Source: Candidatus Saccharimonadia bacterium (GTDB taxonomy: Bacteria; Patescibacteriota; Saccharimonadia; Saccharimonadales; 2-12-FULL-41-12). From it: a stretch of 64,000 nt of DNA. The translations under genes were made by a program, and so were the position numbers. The notes under the pieces are model-generated. The model was not told where the DNA came from. It ran no database searches and saw only the letters and a program-made list of their open reading frames with translations. Shown here one piece after another: positions 29,239 through 37,219 of this stretch (position 1 is the first letter of the stretch; each line of letters begins with the position of its first letter). The stretch covers positions 203,599 to 267,598 of the forward strand of contig OY970327.1 of the NCBI GenBank assembly GCA_963717365.1, written 5' to 3'.

Positions 29239-29772
29239 CTATTTAGTAATGAGAATATCAGCTTTGGCTATGTTTGATTTGTTATTTTGGTTGGCGGCAA
29301 AGATTTCCATATGCCAGTTGCCCGCTTTTGAAAAGTCTGCTACTGGAATATTTATGTCGGTACATTTGTAGTAGTTACCCATACTAATAATTGGAGAAGT
29401 CCGGGCGAATGGTTGAGTGCCCTGCGGCCCTGTCAACGTTACTTGGCAGGTGCCAGCCGTTAAGTTATTTACAACTGCACTGATCTGAACTGTTTGGCCA
29501 GCTTGCTGCTTGCCAGTTATGCTGATTTTAGGAGCCGCCGGTTGTGGGTTTGGTGCTGGTGAATTTTGCGGTGCGGGATCATTAATAGCGGAGGTTTCAG
29601 TTTCATTTGAGGTCTGCTCTTCACTTAAGAGCTCGGTATTTTGAGCTGCATTGTTATTGTTGCTAGTTGACGGCGCAGCCGGTTTGTCATCTCTTATTAA
29701 AAACATTAAGCCAACAATAGCTAATATTAGTACAGCGAGTAAGGCTATTAAAAAACGTTTCTTGGTTAACAT
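29239..29772 (-). CDS. Hypothetical N-terminally anchored surface protein with an Ig-like C-terminal domain
   Basis: TM FLIALLAVLILAIVGLMFLI, a Pro/Asn/Gln/Ala-rich linker and a beta-rich domain of about 95 aa with 2 Cys. Confidence 0.6.
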   Translation of the reverse strand: MLTKKRFLIALLAVLILAIVGLMFLIRDDKPAAPSTSNNNNAAQNTELLSEEQTSNETETSAINDPAPQNSPAPNPQPAAPKISITGKQQAGQTVQISAVVNNLTAGTCQVTLTGPQGTQPFARTSPIISMGNYYKCTDINIPVADFSKAGNWHMEIFAANQNNKSNIAKADILITK

Positions 29773-29827
29773 GTTATAAACTCCAGTAATTATATCTACA
29801 TAATATCACAGCAGTATAAAACAATAC

Positions 29828-30211
29828 TTAACCAGTGCAAAGAATGGACAGAATATTTCCAGCAGGGTCCTTAAACCAAGCAATATCAGGACCTCGCTTA
29901 GCGACAAGCCCGCGTGCCACGCCGGTTTCATCGGTCATTCCCTCATACTTCTCAAGGACGACACCTTTGCTTGTTAGTTCAGCTACGGCTAGATCAATAT
30001 CATTGACGGGGAAGTTGAGTATCGTATAAGTAGCAGGAACATGATCTTCTTTTGGATAAGCTAAAACGGTGGTATCTCCGGCAATTTTTATAACCAGAAA
30101 ACCCATATCATCTTCCTTCACATCAAGACCGAGCGTCTGTCCGTAAAATTTTTTTGCAACGGTAATGTCGTTAACTGAGAAGCCGCTAAATGCTTGGCTA
30201 TCTTTGAACAT
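29828..30211 (-). CDS. VOC family (glyoxalase/bleomycin-resistance fold) protein
   Basis: 127 aa. FSVNDITVAKKFYGQTLGLDV...WFKDPAGNILSI is the typical paired beta-alpha-beta-beta-beta module. Confidence 0.8.
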   Translation of the reverse strand: MFKDSQAFSGFSVNDITVAKKFYGQTLGLDVKEDDMGFLVIKIAGDTTVLAYPKEDHVPATYTILNFPVNDIDLAVAELTSKGVVLEKYEGMTDETGVARGLVAKRGPDIAWFKDPAGNILSILCTG

Positions 30212-30289
30212 CTGATTATCCTCCTTTAGTTTCTCCTAGTATACTCTGTAAAAAATAATATTGGTTATACTTTATGCTACACTCCGACT

Positions 30290-30472
30290 ATGAAAATATC
30301 ACAACTACTTCTGTACATCGGCTTAGCTATACTGGGTTTTTGGCTGTTAGGGTTTGTACTAGAACTTGCAAAATGGGCAATAGACATTGCATTAATTATT
30401 GGGCTAATACTAGTTATCGTCTCTCTACTAAACCAATACTACGAATCAAAACACAAAACAAATGTTAAATAG
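30290..30472 (+). CDS. Small two-TM membrane protein (60 aa)
   Basis: MKISQLLLYIGLAILGFWLLGFVLELAKWAIDIALIIGLILVIVSLL is strongly hydrophobic. It lies 37 nt upstream of a receiver gene. The overlapping alternative-frame ORF at 30274-30468 looks non-coding. Confidence 0.4.
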   Translation: MKISQLLLYIGLAILGFWLLGFVLELAKWAIDIALIIGLILVIVSLLNQYYESKHKTNVK

Positions 30473-30508
30473 TAAAATTTACCTAAGTGGTTTAAACTTA
30501 TTAACAAT

Positions 30509-30946
30509 ATGGATCAATTTGGATTAGCATCAAAAGTTGTAATTGTTGAGGATAATGTCAGTCTGGCTGACATTTACAAAACACGGTTAGAATTACTGGG
30601 TTACACCTGTTTTGCTGCTTATGATGGCGTACAGGCGCTTTCTGTTATAGAAAAAGAGTTACCAGACTTAGTATTACTTGACCTTATGGTGCCTAAAATA
30701 GCAGGCGATCAAATTTTGCAAACAATGCGCGCCAGCGAATGGGGAAAAAATATTAAGGTTTTGATTATTTCTAACCTGAACGAAATTGACGCTCCAGCTG
30801 GCCTGCGCGAACAAGGAATCGAAGGCTACGCGGTAAAAGCAAATTTATCAAACGATCAAATAGACCAGCTTGTTGATAGTATTCTAAAGCCAGCCGATCA
30901 AGACGAAGACGTAGTTCTAGAAGCAAAAGAACCAGAAATTCTTTAA
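30509..30946 (+). CDS. Stand-alone response-regulator receiver protein (CheY-like), paralogue 1
   Basis: VVIVEDN, DLVLLDLMVP (phospho-acceptor Asp), ISNL and VKAN (conserved Lys). There is no output domain. It is about 65% identical by eye to the 34677 product. Confidence 0.9.
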   Translation: MDQFGLASKVVIVEDNVSLADIYKTRLELLGYTCFAAYDGVQALSVIEKELPDLVLLDLMVPKIAGDQILQTMRASEWGKNIKVLIISNLNEIDAPAGLREQGIEGYAVKANLSNDQIDQLVDSILKPADQDEDVVLEAKEPEIL

Positions 30947-31121
30947 GTTTAAGTGAGAGAGGTATTTTGAGTGTCTTCATGAAGACTGTAACTCACCACA
31001 TACATGTTATTTATATATTAACATAAATATGATATAATTAAAAATAATATTTAGTTGTTTGATATGTTTTAAGCTCAGAGAAATTTGACTTACATAGTGC
31101 AAAGGTGTTCAATTAAAGTAA

Positions 31122-32075
31122 ATGGAGCAAAATAAACACGACGCAGACGTTAGTTGTTTGTACGGGGGTGATATTCCGCCTATATTGACATCTTCTAGCA
31201 TGCACTTGACTATTCCAGACCTTCGCAATGACAATGGTATTTCAGTCTGTTCGGCAGAAATACCTGAGCGTTCTGAAGTTACTGTTTCAATGTTTCAGAC
31301 GATACGGACATTGCCAATCAGGGGGATTGAGTTGGCGCGTAGAGCTAAGATAAATGGACTAGAAATTGCCCGTGCTGCCAAGATCGATATAAAAGAAAGC
31401 GAACATAAATTTCATGCGGCTGCTAGCTTACTGGGCGTTATAGCAGTTGAAGCGGTAGGCTTTACTCGGGCACCGACCCTACTTTCGCTACCTCTAGCTG
31501 TAAAGCTTGAAAAAGAAACAGGTATCCCTGTGATTGCAGGTATTGCTGCTGGAACCTTGTACGGAGCATGGTGTTACACAGCTGCTCGTGCAATAAATAG
31601 CGGGGTCAATCACTTGCCCCGTACTTTTGAAGCGGCTAATTCCCATTTACCAAGCGTTGATAAAGTCTCTAAAGTGTTGCCCGGTCTTGAGCCCGCCACC
31701 GAACAGAAAGCCCAAACGCGAGCCTGCCGCGGTTTAGCCGTATATAGCACGGGTACCGGATTGTATGTGCTGGCGGCTGGCTTGCAGAATCAGACGCAAA
31801 CAGAGAGAAATAAATTATGCGCTAATCTTGGCCGCGACGGAGGAACGTTTTTAGGAGTCTTAGCCATGTTGGCAACTGGGGCTGTGCTGGCATTGCAGCA
31901 AAAAGAACCGGCACTAGGTGAGCAAATACTTGAGAAAGCTGGCGATGCTGGATTTTTACTAAAAGTACTTATTGGAGCTACCGTAGCAAAGCTTGCTGGC
32001 GGCTGGGCCATAAATAAAGTGAAGAGACTGTGGAACAACCGACGGGAAGAACTTGTTCCTGTGCCGGTTAATTAA
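31122..32075 (+). CDS. Hypothetical polytopic membrane protein
   Basis: 317-aa ORF with at least four Ala/Gly-rich hydrophobic segments (e.g. AAASLLGVIAVEAVGF, IPVIAGIAAGTLYGAWCYTAA, FLGVLAMLATGAVLAL). I recognise no family. Confidence 0.55.
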   Translation: MEQNKHDADVSCLYGGDIPPILTSSSMHLTIPDLRNDNGISVCSAEIPERSEVTVSMFQTIRTLPIRGIELARRAKINGLEIARAAKIDIKESEHKFHAAASLLGVIAVEAVGFTRAPTLLSLPLAVKLEKETGIPVIAGIAAGTLYGAWCYTAARAINSGVNHLPRTFEAANSHLPSVDKVSKVLPGLEPATEQKAQTRACRGLAVYSTGTGLYVLAAGLQNQTQTERNKLCANLGRDGGTFLGVLAMLATGAVLALQQKEPALGEQILEKAGDAGFLLKVLIGATVAKLAGGWAINKVKRLWNNRREELVPVPVN

Positions 32076-32097
32076 ATAGACGACTTAATAAGAAGTG

Positions 32098-32421
32098 TTA
32101 CTTTTCCTGTTTGTCTTCAAGAACAGCCCGATAGTAGTCCTCAATAGATACCAGGTGGCTGCCGGCCTCTTCGCTGACTTTTGCGAGCATTTGTGTATTT
32201 TCAGAAATATATCTGCTTAAAGCAGTTGCGTCAGTAATCATTTTCTGTAAATTACGGCGATACTCAACAATACTTGGCAATGTGATGGTTTGTTGATGTT
32301 TATCTATAATTTCTTGCAAGCTTTGCAAGGTAGGAGCTATGCTTTCCAGTTTAGTTGCCATGGCTTTAATTTCTTCGTTGGCTTCTTTATTGGTTTTGGC
32401 TTGGAATTTATAAATAATCAT
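32098..32421 (-). CDS. Small all-helical protein (107 aa) with ESAT-6/WXG100-like helix-turn-helix architecture but no W-x-G
   Basis: The length, the MIIYKF start resembling the M..IKV start of WXG100 proteins, two long predicted helices joined near LPSIVEY, and the tandem paralogue all fit. No W-x-G motif is present. Confidence 0.55.
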   Translation of the reverse strand: MIIYKFQAKTNKEANEEIKAMATKLESIAPTLQSLQEIIDKHQQTITLPSIVEYRRNLQKMITDATALSRYISENTQMLAKVSEEAGSHLVSIEDYYRAVLEDKQEK

Positions 32422-32436
32422 AATTTTCTAACAATC

Positions 32437-32775
32437 CTAATTAGTTACAGCTGCCTTTATGGAATGTTTTTCTATGGCGCTGCTAAAATTATCTTCTATG
32501 GCAACTAATTGTTTGCTGGCATGTTCGCTAATAACTACTAATTTTTGTGAATTATCTACAATTGACGTTGAAAGTTCCATTGCTTGCTCAATCATGTTTT
32601 GTAAATCTTTACGAAAACTATTAATACTTGGTGAGCTTAAAGCTGCTTCCTGTTGATCTACAACCTCTAACATTATTTCATATGTTGTGGTGATCTCGCG
32701 CAGTATTGCATCCATATCTTTAATATGGGCAGTCGCCACACTATTTGTTTTTTGATCTAGCTTATATTCAATCAT
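32437..32775 (-). CDS. Small all-helical protein (112 aa), paralogue of the 32098 product, WXG100-like architecture
   Basis: MIEYKLDQKTN...AALSSPSINSFRKDLQNMIEQ...LVAIEDNF lines up position by position with the neighbour (MIIYKFQAKTN...TLPSIVEYRRNLQKMITD...LVSIEDYY). Confidence 0.55.
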   Translation of the reverse strand: MIEYKLDQKTNSVATAHIKDMDAILREITTTYEIMLEVVDQQEAALSSPSINSFRKDLQNMIEQAMELSTSIVDNSQKLVVISEHASKQLVAIEDNFSSAIEKHSIKAAVTN

Positions 32776-32847
32776 GATGTTCTCCGGTCAATATATTACC
32801 ATATAGTAATATTAATGTAAATAAGATTATAGAATATGCTAATGCTG

Positions 32848-33315
32848 TTAAAATAACTTACTCTTTGGTGGTATACTTCGCTTTAATAATGGAAGACTGT
32901 TGGTCGTAAAGTCATGAGACGTATTGCTGTTAAGTTTCGATAATTTCAGTCTGTCCAAAGCTAGCTCTAGCTCAGATGCTGATGTTGAAACAGAATGTAT
33001 CTTATCGTTACGTGATGCTGATTCCAGTTCTTCTGCAAATTTACGCACCGACTGATTTAGCTCAGAAGATATTTTTTTTGCACGAGGTCGTTTAATGCGC
33101 GTAGATTCTACGCTTGCTGTAGATGATAAGCTGGCATAAAAGACCAGTCGCGACTCATGGTCTTTTGACATTACCTGCCGAGCATTAACAGATACTGCTT
33201 CGTATGATTCATCGGAATCACTAAATTGAACAGTAATTTGTTTACGCTGCTTATCGTTTTTCTTACGCGATAAACCAATCGTAGGTATGCTTACACCCTT
33301 TTTACTATTTTTCAT
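32848..33315 (-). CDS. Hypothetical basic, Ser/Lys-rich protein (155 aa), first gene of the 3-gene minus-strand unit
   Basis: The ORF is co-directional with and 72 nt upstream of the two small helical genes. It is predicted to be largely disordered with one helical stretch (KFAEELESASRN...LELALDRLKL). Confidence 0.45.
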   Translation of the reverse strand: MKNSKKGVSIPTIGLSRKKNDKQRKQITVQFSDSDESYEAVSVNARQVMSKDHESRLVFYASLSSTASVESTRIKRPRAKKISSELNQSVRKFAEELESASRNDKIHSVSTSASELELALDRLKLSKLNSNTSHDFTTNSLPLLKRSIPPKSKLF

Positions 33316-33448
33316 ATTATTACATTACAACAAATAAGCAGAAGAATCAATTATAAGTACATGAAGTTGTAATTATAGGAAACAAAATATATAAACGTAG
33401 TATGGCAAGTAGCAATAACAATACGCCAGTACACCGCTGGGTTATGAA

Positions 33449-34111
33449 TTATTTTTTTGCATGACGGTTAACTATGCCGCCGCCCACCATACCCGCTACA
33501 GTGCCAACTACGCCTATACCAACAAACATTAGTACCATTGCAACCATTCGTCCCTGCCAAGTTAGAGGATAAATATCACCGTAGCCTACTGTAGTGGTAG
33601 TTACTGCTGACCACCATAAAGCATCAAAGAAGTTATTAACAGATGGATGAACATCAGCTTCGACGGTGTAGAAAGCAGTGGCGCCGGCCAGTACGATAAC
33701 AATCACAACAACTGAAACATGGGCATAGCGGAACATTGAATCAATTGTTTCTGTAGAATAGACGGTTATATTTTTAATTCGGGCGATTAGTCGAAAAATG
33801 GTAATCAATCTAAGGATACGAAGAGCTCGGAGCGACTGGAAGACTCCCTCCGAAAAGGGTATTGACGCTAATAGCAAATACCAATTACTTTTCCAGTACT
33901 TTGCTTTGTTCTGGGCAGCGTGAAGGCCTGTGAAAAAATCGAATAGGAAAATGCAGGCAATGACCTTATCTATTCCATAAAACCATGCTCGAGTAGTGTT
34001 GGACAAATTGCTACTAAATTCGTAAATCAGTAAACCAACACTCAGCACACCAAGTAATGCCAGTATAATTTCATTCCAAATTGATTTTTGGTAACGGTGT
34101 GTCCACAACAT
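33449..34111 (-). CDS. Compact voltage-gated-type K+ channel (6-TM layout, 220 aa)
   Basis: K+ selectivity filter TTTVGYGD. The S4-like helix LRALRILRLITIFRLIARIK has Arg/Lys at every third position. Six hydrophobic segments are present. Confidence 0.85.
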   Translation of the reverse strand: MLWTHRYQKSIWNEIILALLGVLSVGLLIYEFSSNLSNTTRAWFYGIDKVIACIFLFDFFTGLHAAQNKAKYWKSNWYLLLASIPFSEGVFQSLRALRILRLITIFRLIARIKNITVYSTETIDSMFRYAHVSVVVIVIVLAGATAFYTVEADVHPSVNNFFDALWWSAVTTTTVGYGDIYPLTWQGRMVAMVLMFVGIGVVGTVAGMVGGGIVNRHAKK

Positions 34112-34200
34112 TTTGAAATAGTACTATAACAATATTAAAAATCCTAGAAACTTCTAGATAAACCATCTGTTATAACTGCCAGTAAGCTATACTGAATAGC

Positions 34201-34647
34201 ATGAAACCACAAGTTAGTCTTGTTAGGGCGATTGGTAGCGAATTCGGCGCACGAAAGTTGAAGTCTGTGCTACTAGTGACAGGGATTATTTTAATTATAT
34301 TTGTGGGGATAGCCATATGGTTAATTACCATGAGTGCATGGTGGTGGCTCTTCGCAATACCAGTTATCTTATTCAGCCTGTTTAGTATTGCAGCTTACCT
34401 GATCGCAAGAATTGTAATAAAAAGACTTCGCCCCGATCTGACAAAGTCACAAACATCAGCCGTATCTAGTTTTGTTGATAAGCTCGAACGAGTAGCAGAT
34501 AATTTGCAGACGCCGATGTTTATTATTGTTTTCAAAGTGGTCCGCGATATCATCCGTCCGCGTAGCAAACCGTTCGTTCAAACAATAGTGGAAGATAGCT
34601 CAACTTTGCATAAAGATCTCTTAGAACTACAAAAAAACTTTAGTTAA
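34201..34647 (+). CDS. Hypothetical two-TM membrane protein with a cytoplasmic helical tail
   Basis: 148 aa with TMs VLLVTGIILIIFVGIAIWLI and WWLFAIPVILFSLFSIAAYLIARIV. It ends 30 nt upstream of the second receiver gene. Confidence 0.55.
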   Translation: MKPQVSLVRAIGSEFGARKLKSVLLVTGIILIIFVGIAIWLITMSAWWWLFAIPVILFSLFSIAAYLIARIVIKRLRPDLTKSQTSAVSSFVDKLERVADNLQTPMFIIVFKVVRDIIRPRSKPFVQTIVEDSSTLHKDLLELQKNFS

Positions 34648-34676
34648 ACCGCTCAGCTTGTATTAGAATCAAGCAC

Positions 34677-35117
34677 ATGGACTTATCCACTCAAACAAAA
34701 AATATAGTTATCGTAGAAGATGATTTGGCTTTGGCAGAGATTTATAAAACAAGACTGGAGCTAATTGGTTACACTTGTTTTCTTGCATACAACGGTATAA
34801 CTGCCCTTTATTTCATCCAGAAACAAATACCCGATCTAGTTTTGCTAGATATTATGGTGCCTGACATCTCTGGAGATCAAATTTTAGCCATTATGAGAAA
34901 AAGTAACTGGGGCAAGCAAATTCCCGTATTTGTTATTTCAAACTTGAACGAGTCCGAAGCACCAGCCGGTATGCGAGAGTTAGGGATTGCCGGCTACACC
35001 GTAAAAGCAAATTTGTCGAATGATCAAATTGATGGTATTGTTAACAATATACTGCGGCCAGAATTAGCAACAAATACAGAGGGCAAAGACCCTATGTCTC
35101 CCGTTTCATTGCCATAA
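34677..35117 (+). CDS. Stand-alone response-regulator receiver protein, paralogue 2
   Basis: IVIVEDD, DLVLLDIMVP, ISNL and VKANLSNDQID. It is collinear with the 30509 product and has no output domain. Confidence 0.9.
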   Translation: MDLSTQTKNIVIVEDDLALAEIYKTRLELIGYTCFLAYNGITALYFIQKQIPDLVLLDIMVPDISGDQILAIMRKSNWGKQIPVFVISNLNESEAPAGMRELGIAGYTVKANLSNDQIDGIVNNILRPELATNTEGKDPMSPVSLP

Positions 35118-35308
35118 GTTAAACCATTCTTTATTAACAATGCGATTGACCGACGATCGATACAATATTCTCTTATTTAGAGTTTCGTAAATTAATTTCA
35201 ACTGCTTACGTATTGCTTTCAAGTTATGATTTTCTAAGGTCGGCTTCCAATTCTTTCTCATATTGCTACGCAAACATAACACTTTTTGTTGTATGTAAGG
35301 AAGTTAGC

Positions 35309-35800
35309 CTAATTATGCGCTACAAGACATTGTTTGACGACGGGACGCCAATCAATGGTAGTCCCCACGATGATGTTATCCAACTCTCCAATGCTTATCC
35401 ACTTTGGCGTTAATCCGGCCGCCTTTTCATAATCATCTAGCTTTATGTTAGCTACATTAACTCCATAATAATCACAGCAATAATATAGAAGTAGCGATTG
35501 GGCATGGCTTACAACGTTTGGCTTATCAAGTTGTTGCCATGTAAAAAAACCACTTGCTACATTAATTAATTTAGGATTTGCAACTATAACACCTGTTTCT
35601 TCTTTTAGCTCACGAATAACTGCGTCTGTTGGTTTTTCACCAAGGTCTATCCCGCCCCCAGGTAAATGAAATTTGCCGTTTTCTTTAACTAATAATATTT
35701 TTTCTTCACGTATCACAATTGCATAGGCTGAAGGTCTCCAAACTAAGTCTGACGCGGTAACCTCATATTCATTGCCATGTATGTCTTTACTAGTGAGCAT
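35309..35800 (-). CDS. NUDIX hydrolase
   Basis: The Nudix box GGGIDLGEKPTDAVIRELKEETG fits GX5EX7REUXEEXGU. Confidence 0.85.
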   Translation of the reverse strand: MLTSKDIHGNEYEVTASDLVWRPSAYAIVIREEKILLVKENGKFHLPGGGIDLGEKPTDAVIRELKEETGVIVANPKLINVASGFFTWQQLDKPNVVSHAQSLLLYYCCDYYGVNVANIKLDDYEKAAGLTPKWISIGELDNIIVGTTIDWRPVVKQCLVAHN

Positions 35801-35921
35801 AATCTTATACCATCATAACAAATTTAAGTATATTCCTATTGGATATAATATACTTAAATTATATTCAAAGATAAAATGGCTATGCTTGCAAATCTATCCG
35901 GGGTGGCCTAAGCTCTGATTA

Positions 35922-37013
35922 ATGGAGCGTCAACCGAAATCGGAAATTATTTTATCGCCGCACGTTCGGTTTGCCGAAGATTGGCAAGAAACGTTAAAAG
36001 ATAACGAACTAGCCGCACGGTTTAATGATCTTATTGGTTTTACCCAAGAATCAGTAAGTGGGTCAGATTATCCATGGATACATGACCGCAAAGAGGTTGG
36101 TATGCGCTGGCAGCATTTGGTTAACCTGCTGGGCGACGCGGCTCGGTCACACAGCCACCCTTTGTTTCGGCGTGGCCAAGGCTGGTGCGACGAAGAAAGA
36201 ACGGCACAAGTTCTAGAGCCAATCGATTATCGTAGTTTTGACGCCAGCTTTATAGAAAATGCGCTTATTTTAACTCATTCACTCGCTGTGCAGCAAAAAC
36301 AGTCAACTAGCCCTGGTTTATCCGTTAGCTTGAACATACTTAATAATATGGATGACATGAAAGACCCTGAGTTGGTAGATTTCTTTACCAAGTCATTTGA
36401 TTTGCGAGATTTGGCTGAACCGACCGATACGCTTATTGACGAAATGACGTTAGAAGATTTTAAAAATTTAACTAAAGAAAAACGAGAAGGACTTATCGAC
36501 CAGCTATTTGAAATGGCTTTCAAGACAGAAGAATATGGTAATGGATACGGCTGGTCACGTCCCCCTCAAAAACAAAAATATCTGGATGAACGTAGCAAAC
36601 TGATAGAGTATTCTGATCTAGTAGAGTATGGAACGGCCGAAACATCTGAGATTGAGCAGATTCTGGATGAAAGAAAAACTGCCGAAATTGCACGTCTGCG
36701 CCAAGAACGTCCAGATTTTGGTAAGAAACCTGACGACTTTGAGTCCTTACCAGACAACTTAAAAACATGTGTTACATCGATGTTTGAGTATTTTGATCAT
36801 ATGCGTGAACGATACAATGTGATTGGCATCGACACGCACAGCATGAACAGAATGGGTTTTACGAATGGTGATTTAGAGAGTCTTAAGCATGCCGGTATTC
36901 TAATAAATGAAGAACAGTCTCTGATGCCCGATGGCTACATGTGGAGTTACTTGCTATCCCAGCCATACTACGAATGCTGGGTATCGCGACATTACCCCGT
37001 AGAGTCTGAATAG
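35922..37013 (+). CDS. Hypothetical acidic cytoplasmic protein (363 aa)
   Basis: Long ORF with no TM segment or signal peptide. I recognise no family. Confidence 0.5.
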   Translation: MERQPKSEIILSPHVRFAEDWQETLKDNELAARFNDLIGFTQESVSGSDYPWIHDRKEVGMRWQHLVNLLGDAARSHSHPLFRRGQGWCDEERTAQVLEPIDYRSFDASFIENALILTHSLAVQQKQSTSPGLSVSLNILNNMDDMKDPELVDFFTKSFDLRDLAEPTDTLIDEMTLEDFKNLTKEKREGLIDQLFEMAFKTEEYGNGYGWSRPPQKQKYLDERSKLIEYSDLVEYGTAETSEIEQILDERKTAEIARLRQERPDFGKKPDDFESLPDNLKTCVTSMFEYFDHMRERYNVIGIDTHSMNRMGFTNGDLESLKHAGILINEEQSLMPDGYMWSYLLSQPYYECWVSRHYPVESE

Positions 37014-37063
37014 TATTTACATACGGATTACTATGAGTTATAGTAGTTTTCACTTAACAATTT

Positions 37064-37219
37064 AAAAAATATACAGAAGCAGCGAGAGATCTAGCTCATT
37101 GACCTGCTAGCAACCTACCATTTGGTAAGGTGCTCCATCTAGTTCCTGGTTAAACCTGGAAGAGATATTTTTCTTACGAAGAATCCTTTTCTTGGAAAGT
37201 CCAGGGAAAGGATATTTTT
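37064..37219 (+). promoter_or_regulatory. SAM-I-class riboswitch-like leader (aptamer about 37064-37172 plus terminator/SD-sequestering hairpin 37183-37219)
   Basis: Aptamer elements:
- P1: AAAAATAT (37065-72) pairs with ATATTTTT (37165-72).
- P2a: GCAG pairs with CTGC, around a GA-rich internal loop and a CTAG-containing loop.
- P3: AGCAACC (37109-15) pairs with GGTGCT (37129-34) with a bulged A, as in the SAM-I core GGCAACC...GGUGCC.
- J3/4: contains CTAG, a possible pseudoknot partner for the P2 loop.
- P4: hairpin at 37143-37161.
Expression platform: hairpin ATCCTTTTC/GAAAGGAT followed by ATTTTT and then the ATG.
Context: a second copy lies upstream of metK. Confidence 0.7.

Noticed and set aside
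30972-30990. Palindrome GTCTTCATGAAGAC after the first receiver gene as a terminator
   Set aside because: The effective stem is only about 5 bp and there is no U-tract. It is not supportable as an intrinsic terminator.
35118-35308. An sRNA in the 191-nt convergent spacer between the second receiver gene and the NUDIX gene
   Set aside because: No convincing promoter, stable hairpin or terminator could be identified by eye. The 35213-35413 ORF overlaps the NUDIX gene and looks spurious.
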